NCBI GenBank assembly: GCA_048013815.1
Contig: CM106585.1
Location: 8,122,001-8,186,000 of the forward strand
Direction of reading: 5' to 3'
Source of the DNA: Setoptus koraiensis
Taxonomy: Eukaryota; Animalia; Arthropoda
Length of the DNA: 64,000 nt
Numbering within the stretch: position 1 is the stretch's first letter; each line of letters starts with the position of its first letter. Of this stretch, positions 12,789-25,009 are shown piece by piece. The notes below the pieces were generated by a model. The model saw nothing but the letters and a program-made list of their open reading frames with translations, ran no database searches and had not been told where the DNA came from. The position numbers were made by a program, and so were the translations under genes.

Positions 12789-14476
12789 ATCGTCGATACG
12801 ACGATAACAACAACAGCCCGGTGTGATTACGCAGCGCGCACGTAGAGTGTTGGCGGCGAATAAAAACAGCGAAATGTCGCGGAAACATGCGAAAAGTCTG
12901 TTGTCTCCATGGGTTGCCCCACCAATTACGGCCGACAGGCCGTATCACCGGTGGGTGCAATGTTGCCGGCGCACGCACCGGCCGCGCTGCCCGAGGCTGT
13001 GCGCCAAGGTTAACTCGCACACAAGTGCGGTTGTAAATAATGGCCGCAGGTTCAACAAGAGGTCACGAGAAATGGGCTGCGCAGAGCCCTCGCTTCCTGG
13101 TTTGCGCAATCGAATGTGAGCGATCGGGTGAGCGCGATCGAACGAGTGCCGGCTATCCGCTCGCATCTCGCCATCTTGTGCCTCCCATCACACACACACA
13201 CAAGCACTCGTTGTTGCGCATCGTTGGCGCCGCGGTGGGTGCGATTTGGTAATTCATTAAGCGCTCTCGGTCACATGTCCGGCCCACAGGGAGCGGGGCT
13301 GCGAACGCGGCGTTTAGTTCCGGCCGCGCGGAGCTCGCCCAGTCTGGGCAGCAGTGATACGAGAGCCACCGACGCTGTGCGCTTGTGTGTGCTTTGAGCG
13401 AACTTTGCGCCGAAAACCGAGAACAAAAACAACGCTGCTCGTATCATATTTTCGGCGTGTCTTACAATATGCAAATCGGTGGCATGGCGCGCACAAGCGA
13501 GCCGCTCGGCGAGCCTCGCTGCGAATCGGGCCGCCAGCCGGCCGGCCGGCCGGTCGTCGAGCGACAGCTCGGGCGCGCGTTTTGTTGTCGTTATCTCCGC
13601 TCTGTTACACTTAACAACGTTGTAAGCGGCCGTCATTGAATATACGAGCGCTCGCTTACACGCGCCATGTCATGTGTTCTGCAATACGTAGTCGGGTTTT
13701 GTGTGTGTGTGTGTGTTCTCTCGTAGTGTGCGCCCCCTGTGTGATCATCACACACTGTGATGATCGAACTTTTGTCGTGCGAGTCTTACCCGCGGCTCCA
13801 CAGTGATGGATGCGTTGGTGCTACATGTACGCTAATTATACACACATTGCAGTGTGTTGTGCTGCTGCTGCACATTACACTGTGAGTGTGTCGTGAGCGT
13901 GTGTGTATTCAGTGCCCTAGGAGCTCACTTTTTGTGGTGGCTAGCCGACAGAGAGTGTGCGACACAATGGAAAAATGGGACGAGAGGAGAAAAGTTTGTT
14001 GCCAATGTTACCGAAGTTGTTTGTTCGTTGGACGACACTCATCTAGCAACCACTACATCAATGTACAGGTCTCCACTGTGCGCCCCCCCCACACTGCGCG
14101 CTACACACACTCGAAGCCATCGGGGGTGAGAGGCGCGGGGGGAATTGGCTCAGTTCGGCCCACTCACGGCAGGCACATCCGTAACTCATCGCACCCGGCC
14201 CTCAGGCCTAGCGGTGTGTGTGTGTGCGTGCCAGGCGCGCTACTGCCAATGCCATAGTAACAGAGCGACAGGACAGATCGGGACGAACCTTGAGCAATCA
14301 TTGTTAATACGATTATGCCAGGGACGACAGCTGAGCGCGGACTTAACTTTGCAGAATGGATTGTTGCCAATGTTGCGCTGCCTGCAATGCCTGCGTGTGT
14401 TTGCGGTAAATAGCGCCCATGTAGAACTGCATATCATCCATCTATACACTGCGACCCCGTCCCGCTCCCCACTAGC

Positions 14477-14589
14477 GAGTCTCTACTACAAACCCAGAGG
14501 GTCTCTACTGCACACCCAGAGTCTCTACTGCAGACCCAGAGTCGCTACTGCACACCCAGAGTCTCTACTGCAGACCCAGAGAGTCTCTA
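14477..14589. repeat. Minisatellite, about 5.5 copies of a 20-bp unit GAGTCTCTACTGCASACCCA
   Basis: Units start at 14477, 14497 (22 bp), 14519, 14539 and 14559, with a partial unit at 14579. Confidence 0.9.
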
Positions 14590-17500
14590 GGCGACCCCGC
14601 GGTCCGCTCGACACACATGTTATGGTGGAACAGTAAGAACACACACAGACTATAGGCCACTCCACCATTGAGTCGCCCATTGAATTGTCAGAGGCAAGAC
14701 AGTTCGATCTTGAGCTTATAAGCGCACTCGCTATGATTAAACTGCCGGTTACTCGATCGTGGTCGAACTTTTGCTCGCGCTAGATTGTTCCAACTTGGAA
14801 TTAATTTTCTGTCCGCTCTAATATATCTGTGTGTGTGCGTGTGTGTGCGATGTGCGACGGTTACGCCATTTTGTTATTGCGGCCAGCACAACAGGCGCAA
14901 CACTAACTCTCATTTGCGCTGCATGCCGCAAACAAACCGCAACAGCGAATAAACTTCAGGCAAGCGTAAACACAATCAAAGTTGATCACTGTTCCGCGAA
15001 TTAGTCGCAATCGCTATTTCAACGGGATATATCAATCATTTGGATAGGCGCAATTGACAAATCACAAGCGTCATTTCATCATCGCCAACACTGACATTGA
15101 ATTTGGTGTAAACCGAGTGGAACCGCGTCGCTAAGACGCCCACACACACACACACACACTCACTCGCGGCTAACATGGTGCATGGAACATCTACATTTGC
15201 CGATTGCATTTACAACACCATCAACAGCAACAACTACCACCGCTATTACCAATACAATAACAACACAATACGACAATAATAATATGATATAAATGAAGCC
15301 GTAATGCCCTAATGCACTGATCAACTTTTAATAGTGCCTGTGACAGTAAAAATAATAAAAATAACAATAATAATAGTAGTAATGACATCACACACACATA
15401 CTCTGCCACTACTAATACAACAACAGCAACAACAACTACAACAACTCAGCAGCGAATAACTCGTTAGCGATAACGTTGGACACACACACAGGACAACATC
15501 GTCGGCCTCACAACAGCAGCCAGTGCAAACTGGAGCAGGAAAGGACAAGTATACGGTAATGAAATGAAATGAAAGAATATCAAGTCGCCGTAGCATCGTG
15601 TCATCATTAGGCAACCAAGCATCGCCACACATCACCCACCAGACCAAGTTTGGCCAGACGATCAGCCAGCCAAATAGACAGTCAGCGAAACAACAGGACA
15701 GAGCAATAGGCAGCAAGCTGCAAACCTTGCGTAATAGTTCCAATCTAATATAATAATATAGTCAAAGCAATTACTACCAACAACAACAAGCGATAAATGG
15801 CCAGGCTTATAGTGTTGATTTAACATATGGTCCAACCGGCAAGGACAAAAACAGAAATTACATCACACACAGTCACTCTGACACATACATTGGTACAAAC
15901 GTGAGCGTGTATGTGTGTGTGTGTGTGTTTGTGGAACACTGGTCAACGCAGCGCACACACACACTCACACAATAAGTACAACATTCTTTGTTTACACTCA
16001 CATCTAGTCTAACGCTAAAACTAACACCGAAACTCACTAGTTGGACTATTCGGGCTCTCACCGAGACACTGCAAGTTGCTCACTTTTATCCTTTCAAGCA
16101 TCAGAAGAATTATCAGCTCCAAATAGATAAGAGTCTTGCCTAACTGGAGCAGCACCCATAAACGACACTTTGGCTAGATTTGTTCAAACTTGGCCTTTCA
16201 CTCACGCTAAACTTAACAACTAACGCTCGCTAGACAGCATCCTTTCAAGTGTTTATGTGCGGCTTAAGCGTTCTAGCGAGCCAACTCATCATACTCCCAA
16301 GTGTGCTTTGCCTAGACGGTCGACGTACCATTAACTGCCATTAAATCAAAGAAGAACAACAGGACAACAGATTGTGAAGAGCAGCCGCAGCAGCATCAAC
16401 AGAAGAAGAAGCCGAGAAACTTGAGAAGACCAACAAAAGTTTGGGTCTACCAAGATTGAAAATTATTGAATTATCACTGCCGAGGCTGTTGGCGCTCCTC
16501 ATACACAAGGAGGAACTGTCTCCTTCTATTGTATTAACAATAATAACAACTACGTATAAATATAATAACAACACTCTGAACACATCAGCTGCAAGGATAT
16601 ATGAAAATAAAAATAATAATAATACAATTTTTGACGGCAAGGCGGTCGCGCGAGCTGGTTATGATAACAGCACCACAATACTTTATCTCTACTAGGCTAA
16701 CAACAGCGGCGACGTAATTCTTTTCTTGGATAGCAGTTTTTGGCTAGATCACATATGAACACACGAGAAGAAAGTTGAGCAATAAGACAACAATAAACTC
16801 CTGAGCTCGTTATTGGCTCAGCCTCTCGACTTACATAACAACAAGAATAACTGATTCTCAGGCTTTTCTCGTTGTATGCTCGTTGAGACCAACCCACTAA
16901 CTACCGTACTGCATCAGCGACGGCAGCAGCAGCATAAGACAACCACATTAGATGACTCTTGACAACATCAGCAACAACAACTACCGCTACAGAAGAAATT
17001 TCCACTTCTACTCGGAACAATTGCATTCGCAGCCGCTGTTGCTGCTTTAATTCGTACCGCTCGATAGTCCAACAACATTATGCAGAAGCACAACATTTGC
17101 AAAAACAACAAATAGCTAACAACAACAGCAGATTGAAAACAAAATGATGATTATTATGCAACAATTGAACTACTAGACACATAGAGCAAGCATAAGAGAC
17201 ACAGAGAGTATTACACTTCGTCATCGTATCGTCCAATTCATCTTCGTTACTGTGATTGGATTCTAGACGCACACATATAACAGAAACAATCGTGCAACTA
17301 CTACTCTTGCATAACTTTTCTCATTCTTACATTATATTATCTCTCTGACTGAATCGACCTCACAGTGTCGCCGATAAAGCTACCAAGCTCTTGCAAGATT
17401 ATTTGCTGCATAAACATTACATTTGCACTACTGACACGGTCACCGAGGTATGCTAACATATAACAACAACAATAACTGTAGCTAATCCTGACATCTGCAG

Positions 17501-19092
17501 AACCTCTATCACCTTGCTAGATCTCACACGAAGTTACATCATCCATTTCTATATGCGATTATCTTGACATGCGTCATACTTCATGACTATCGTATTATAA
17601 CACAACTGATCAAAAAGACTACAGCAAAAGCAAACAAAAGCAAATAAGTGTGAATGACCAGACGCAAAAACGAATAATAACACATAATATTCACTCAAAG
17701 AATGAATTGATCGACTGTGAGAAATCATTTATGAATTTTAGTACTTTTAACAAATCGTGTTCATGAATGAATATGATTTGCTGTTTTCTATAAAAGTTAC
17801 TACAGCTAATATATTTCTATAACTAGGAGCGAGTGCTTTGTTCAGTTTTATCTGGAGCTATCATACCAGGATTCAGATTGTAGCTAAAAAAACGCACACA
17901 AAGTTGGAGATAAAATATCGTCACACAAAAAACTATTCAAAAAATTTATCGATCAAATGAAAATCAGAAGGCATTCGTCCTCTTTTTATTTCATTTAGCT
18001 TTCAATCCATCATCATATGACATACTCACAGCGACATCGTTCGGCGACACTGAGTCGATACCGAGCTTGAATCATCCCAGTTGTAATTCATGACCAAATG
18101 CTAGGAAGTTAATCTCATACCAATGCCAATACTATTACTGAAACAAGAAATCCTTGTCAGCTTTCTAATCCATTGATTAGATAATTAATCATTTGTCTGT
18201 TATGTGTGCTAACCGTTAGCAAGTGTGCAGGCAGTAAAAAAACTACCAAACAATTGTCATATACCTTGCGTCCGGAATTTAACGAAAACACGGAAAAACT
18301 GCATGCATAGCACAATATACTTATTTATCTGATAATCAGTATCAAGTATCGATTGAGATTATGTAATGCACATACAAGCACAACTTATCTATTTCAAGCA
18401 ATCATCGCGTCCTAAATTATACACGGCTTGTGAGCATTCATATATGTGAGTCTATGTACGTATAGCTCGCCGTTTCTTCACAATAATCAGTTGGCCCTGG
18501 TTAGTTTGTGAGTTGAAGTAGTTCTGAGTGAGTTGATATGTCTAGCATGACCCTGATGGGTAGCGACTACAGCTAGAAGTGTTTATAACAGATAAGGCAA
18601 CTGAACACAAACACAACTAATTATCAATACTTTGCACACATTATCTCTGCTATTTCTTCAAACTTATAGACCAAGAAGCTATATTGTTGATGCAATCAAA
18701 GCTCAATTGTCATGACTAGAACCAGATCTGTTACTGAAAATTAAATGGAACATCAACAACAAATAAACAAATATCATCAATACCTTTCGCTGTGGCAAAC
18801 ACTTCAAGAGAATATAACAAATTGATGAAAACATGTTAGTCATTCAGAAAAATCTTGCAACTTATTATTGTTTACCAACAACTTGGAAAAACTAATAAAG
18901 GAAGCACACAATTAGACCGATACTTATTGATTGAAGCATTGAAGCACATCTGTATCTGGCCCAAACAACTTTAACGAATGCCAAGTTAACCAGACTCATG
19001 GATGCTTGAGTTATATACCAACGAATATAATTTAACAAATTAGCTCGACTCAAACACTACACACATCTTTGTATTGATGTCATGAAAATATC

Positions 19093-20840
19093 ATGAGCTC
19101 ATTAATAGGAACGTCATATTCCATGCAAACAAATACCCCCAAAATGACACGGAGAGACCAAAATGGTAATTTTATTAGAATTCATCGTGACTCTAGTTTG
19201 CCACCGCCGATTAGAAAAAATAAGCAAATTTTGGAATCGCCCTCATCTATGCAACCCACTCCACCAGCACGTAAACATGTGAGCATAAGTCAGTCTGATT
19301 TACAGGGACACAATTCTGCTTACAATAACAGAATTTACAGCAATCAGAACGAAATGAGTATTGATCGTAATCTACCTGTGAGAACAAGCTATAGGCCTAG
19401 TTCCAGACAATCTCATCTCACATCAAATCTACATCAAAGAACTAGTCAATCAAATTACGATGGAAGTCTGCCGTGTCATTATGCAAGTCAACGAGCAAAT
19501 GTCAATTTATCAAGGTAAGAGATTTGTACATCACTGAGAAAACAGTGACGATCGCATCAGTTAATCAATCATACTAGCAATAGTTGAGTTATTCTAACGG
19601 TACTCTTGATCCTCATCTTGTTATTTTACAACAGTCTAGGACAAAATCCTCATAACAATTATTATTATCGAAATTTGCACCAAGGTCAGACTCTGCCAAC
19701 CAAAAAATCTCCATATCAAAACTATGCATTTCATATACCACAAAACTATAATCGTTATGGAAGTAGATCATCGTCAGCGTCATACGATAGATTTGGTTCT
19801 AGTGCCTTTGATAGGCCCTATCTAATCCAGGCTTCACAGCCAATACCCGATATGGTCATAACTGCCGGACGTCAACAATCAGACTACGCCAGGGAGACCC
19901 CTCGGAAGATAATACTGAGGTAAGTAGATGGACATTATTACTAGAATATAAATATTATGTTTCCGAAAATAATGTTTCCAGGACAATAATTACCAAACAT
20001 TAATATTGTATGTTTTTGAATCCAATTATCAGTGAAGGTAATCTATTAACTGCCCACATTGAATCAATCAGGGATGATGGAAGAGATAATCCATTCAAGC
20101 CAGGTACCGAACTTAGTTGGGAAGCAGATCTCATAGTTAGATTATATAAAAAAGGTCATCCTCTATCAGAAGTGCCACTTTTGTTGGAAAGTATAAAAAA
20201 ACAATTAGAACAAAAAAAGAAATTTGTTGACCTTGACGTTGCTAATCCACATAAGAGGTCAGACCATTATCAAAATGAAGTCAATAATAATAGTACTGAT
20301 GAAGCCGCCATATTAGTGAATAAATCCAAAACTGTAAGCAACGATCTATGTAATGTTACAAATTCTAATCTACATAAATCAGATATAACTAGTAGTGAGA
20401 AGAACAGCGGTAAAAAGGAACCTATTGACGAGGAATTAATTGAGAGTATTATCACTAACTTGAACGGAAAGGTTGATTGTGATAATGGGGATAGAGAAGA
20501 TCAAGAAAATAATGTTAACATTCGGCTAGAAGAGAAAAAATCAAACAATTTAAAGAGCATACTTCCTCCAGCTATTGTAAACACACCGAGAAAAAACAAA
20601 AAGAATTCAGAGGACACCAGCAATGCTGATAGTAAAACAAATGAGACTAAAACCAAGCAATTATCTCCGACATTAGATCCTGTAAACAAGAGAAAACCGT
20701 CGAAAACTAAGAAGGGTCGGCCAGTTAGAGATAAGAACAATAGCAATAAAACGGACTCGAATTCGCCTTTAGATAATGATAATCATTATAATAACCAAGC
20801 AGTTGAAGTAAAAAAACACAACTGTTGTTCTATTCAGTAA
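19093..20840 (+). CDS. Uncharacterised, largely disordered protein with a C-terminal CCaaX box (predicted prenylated/palmitoylated); 3 exons
   Basis: Three track ORFs join in frame via canonical phase-2 introns. Exon 1 is 19093-19514, intron 19515-19634 (AG|GTAAGA..ACAACAG|T), exon 2 is 19635-19919, intron 19920-20032 (AG|GTAAGT..TTATCAG|T), exon 3 is 20033-20840. The protein ends VEVKKHNCCSIQ*. Confidence 0.8.
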
Positions 20841-21968
20841 GGAATGAAACTCCAAAGAAGGGCGTATGATAATCGTTGACCAACGCCCTGTATCACTAAT
20901 ACTTTATTTAAACCTGTGGTATGACCATTGGGACTTGGAGAGAACAGAGCGTAATCGCTCAAAGTTTATTGTTGATTATGACTATTACAGATAACATGTC
21001 TTTGTAAAAATGTTTTGTTTGTGACTTACCACCCAGAAATTCTATACAAAATGATTATTATATCTATATGTATATATATGATATATATGTCAAGTCACGT
21101 AACAGGAAGTTTCCTACTTAGAACTATGTATTGAATAACAATAGATAAAAATTGAACATCCGAGCTGCGAGAATGCGCTCGCTAAACACACTAATCACTC
21201 TTGATACATCACTGTAATTAATCTAACATATCTATTACTGAAGTGTAGAAGTCATGCTTTGAGTACCGACAACAATGAGAATAGGACATGTGAGTAATTG
21301 TTTGGAAACAGTAACAACGAATTTCATTGATTAGCGTTAATTAAAGATATCCTTTATGCTTATTTGGAATGAGGTGAGCATGGATACAACATTGACGGGT
21401 AATCGTGAGGATATAGAATAAATTAGCTTCCTAAATCCTTTCGATAGTTCACAGTACGACAATATGTCTTGAATTTGAAAACATAAACGAAAGTAACTGT
21501 CAGAAAGTTGATGATTTGACAGCTTTTCGATATCCCTGCCGTAAATAGTGTATATTTTGTACATTAAATGGACAGTTATTTCGAAGTTGAAATCGCAATA
21601 GCTGATGAAAAAAATAGATAGATGATAGTATCATCACTGGGAGGACAGTTAGTATTTGTCTGCTATCGATGACGTGAACACAGACATTTCCACAATGTCT
21701 GGAGTAACTAGCTGAGATGACGGATGAGTTTTAGTGTACATCGGATGATTCGTGAAAATAACATTTAACGAGATATGATCGCATAAATATGACATGATCG
21801 CTTTATGGTGTCAGAGTTGTAATTTTCAGTTGAAGAGAGAGGGAGAGAGAAAGAAGAAGAGAGAATGCCTACAATTATCAAATGTGAAACATCAACAACA
21901 AGACCCAAATAAAAACAATTGAAATTCGATACAAATTTCTTCTCTCTGAAAATTACCTTACAACAATA

Positions 21969-24244
21969 ATGGCAGGTAGTTTTGGACAGCAAGCCAACAA
22001 GTGCAAAATAACAACAGTTGGTCATTGTAAAAACTTACTCAAAGCAATTCAAGTGTTTATATCTTTATGTTTGATATTATCGCGTGAGTATTTTACAAGT
22101 GTTTCTCACACTTCAAAACTCATAAGCCATCAGGCTTCGGCCACCATCTACTTTGTTTGATATGTTCCACTTATTTCCACGCTCATACTTTTCTACACAC
22201 CTTAACACATTGTCATTTATGATGCAATATACACAACAAACAATTATAATGCATGTTGGCCACAGTCCAAGTGGGTGAAGTTGAATCGCAAGGTTGTGTT
22301 AAGCATACATTTGAAACAAATGAATTTGATATCGCATGTGTCTGTAATTTAACCTATTGCGATAAAATTAGATTCAATTGGCCAGGCGAGAATGAAATAT
22401 TAGCTGTTGAGACGGACAAGAGTGGGGCGCGTTTTGCCACAAAACTCATCGGAATAAATGCAGTTAATGCTCCGACAATTTTAGATGCTAATACAACTAT
22501 TGCCAAATCAAGCACAACTAACAGTAGCAGTGATACGACTAAAGAAACAGCAGTTGTTGTTGTCGGTGTCGACAATAGCACTGTTGACTCTCTCAATGGA
22601 TCAACTAGCGATCCATTGGAAGTGCTAACAATCCGTTTGTACCCCGAGCGAACTAGGCAAAAGATAATTGGTTTCGGGGGTGCATTCACGGATGCCGCCT
22701 CCTATCAGCTTCAGACTATGACGAAAAAGATGAGAAAATTTGCTTTAGAGGACTATTTTGGTCTTGATGGTCTGAGATACACACTAGGTAGAGTGCCCAT
22801 TGCTGGCAGTGACTTTTCGTCACGTCCCTATACCTATTTGGACATTAGAAGTACACAAAGTCTGAAAGAGGACTTCAATTTGACCAGATTCAAGCTTCAA
22901 CCAGAGGATATTGCACTGAAGATACCCATTATTAGACAGGCGCAGTACATTGTTAAAGACTCTAATAATTACAAACAAAAGCTCAATTTGATTTGTTCGG
23001 CTTGGTCAGCTCCTGCTTGGATGAAAGACAATGGTCATCTGGTTAAAGGCAAACTGAAGGGTAATAGTTCGCTAAGTTATTACGATGCCTACGCTAAATA
23101 CCATGTTAGGTTCTTGAAAGAGTACCAGGCGCACGGGGTTGACTTTTGGGCCGTTACCAGTCAAAATGAGCCAATCATGGCTAAAAGCGACAAGATACAC
23201 TTTAATTCAATGATATTCGACGCAAACGAATTGCGTGATTTTGTCAGAGATAATCTAGGGCCCACGTTGGCCAAGAACGGCTTTGGAAAAGATAAACTGC
23301 AACTGTTGATTTATGATGACAACACAGATTTTGTTGAGGCGTACGTAAAATCAATGACAAACGACACAGAGGCCATGAAATATGTTTCTGGTGTTGCAGT
23401 GCACTGGTATAAACGTAAGTTAGCGGGTTACAAACCGTTAGAAAATATCAGAAAGCTACTACCAAAATCAGCGATAATATTATCCACCGAGGCATGCAAC
23501 ATACACGGACCTAAACCGGGTCGATGGCAGAGTGGCGTGGAATACGCGGACGACATAATTGAGGTTAGCATAGATATATCGGCACTACTATTCTACTAAC
23601 TTTGTCTCGTCAGATTGCTAATGATCATTCTGTTGTTGGCCTCATAATGCTTGCAGACCCTCAAAAGGTACGGCGTAGGTTGGATGGACTGGAATCTGGT
23701 TTTGGACATGAAAGGGGGCCCAAATTGGTCCGGAAACTACGGTAAGTTGTGGGGAGCAGTGGCGGGCAGTATTTGTTACACTGTACTGTGTGTATTGATC
23801 AATGTGGTTGTCTTTTTCTATCATCACCACCACTTAGTTGATGCGCCAATTTTGTTCAATGAGGAAAAGAGAATCTATTATAAGAACCCCATGTATTATG
23901 TGTTGGCTCATTTTACACGATTTTTTGAACCAAACGCACAAATCTTTGAGAGTGAAATAATTTATCAAGATGGCTCGCCGATGATCAACAGTTCAAATCA
24001 GACCTCTACTGGCAGCGAGCCAGACAGCGACGACTCTTTGGTTGATGTGATAGCAGCTGAAAGGCCAAATAAATCACATTATTCCGTTGTCATATTGAAC
24101 AAGGCCCCGGAAGCTAAATTGGTGAATGTGTTTTTAAAAGATAAAATGTTGGTGGATAAATTCACAATCAAAGCAAACAGTATCACAACGCTAGCGATAC
24201 CGAACGGGGCAAAATTAGAGGAGAGTGTCGATTTTAAGCATTAG
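21969..24244 (+). CDS. GBA: Lysosomal glucosylceramidase (glycoside hydrolase family 30), 4 exons
   Basis: Motifs CVCNLTYCD, QKIIGFGGAFTDA, RVPIAGSDFS, SAWSAPAWMK, TSQNEP (acid/base Glu), VHWY, STEAC (nucleophile Glu), WMDWNL, GGPNW and KNPMYYVLAHF. Exons are 21969-22083 (signal peptide LLKAIQVFISLCLILS), 22266-23563, 23657-23741 and 23838-24244; introns are GT-AG, 182, 93 and 96 nt. Confidence 0.95.
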
Positions 24245-25009
24245 TTAATTAGTTAGAGCCATTGCAGCTATTGAGCAAATCAAATATATATTTATACATG
24301 GATGGAGCAGGTGTAAATAAAGTCAAGAGTTTTACAGTTGCTTCTCCTCTATCAACAAACATCCGCTTATGGTCAGTTAAGGAAAAGGGTGGTTTTGGGA
24401 CACCACTAGCTTCCCTTTGCTCGCGGATACATGGGGATTGGTCTGCAGGGGGTTGAGTAAGCCACGTATATCAATTATATTAATTAACTTTGTTTGTTTA
24501 TTTCTATTTAGTTTCTTTTCTCTGTATTTACAACTTTTTTATAGACTGCATTTTACATTTGTATCATCGTATTTTTACACACAGCCTCTTGCTCTCTCGT
24601 GGGCAATTGTTTACAAGTGTGTCCATGTTGTATTTACAAGAATATATATGAAAGTGTTTGTATGCGACGACAATTTTTGGTATAACTACGAATACAATTA
24701 GATAACAATAATATAAACATATGCAATTAATTTAATATTTATAGTTCAAATGTCAGAAAAACATAAATGAACTGGTAGTTTCCAAACTGCAAGTGACAAT
24801 AGATACAATGTAATAGTATGACGTTTTTTGAGGTGCATCATATCGGCAAGATCGCTGTAGACTTGTTGTGCCAATCAATCAGCATCTAATTGAGGCTGTC
24901 AGTCATACAGAGTTTCTTGGAAGCAATTTGCAATGAATGTCCACATTGAACGAGTTGCAGTTGCTGGAGAAACTTTTCAATATTCGAACAGTATCGGGAT
25001 AGTATGTAT

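Larger units (their letters stand above)
12300..14600. other. GC/CpG-rich island in otherwise AT-rich noncoding DNA
   Basis: Visibly dense in GCGC/CGCG/CCGG. The overlapping Arg/Ala-rich ORFs on both strands show no recognisable domain. Boundaries are approximate. Confidence 0.6.

Noticed and set aside
14477-14589. CRISPR-like array
   Set aside because: Units are directly adjacent with no unique spacers, and the context is eukaryotic.
12317-14636. Arg/Ala-rich ORFs of 60-160 aa in the GC island
   Set aside because: They overlap on both strands, show no domain and are expected from low stop frequency in GC-rich DNA.
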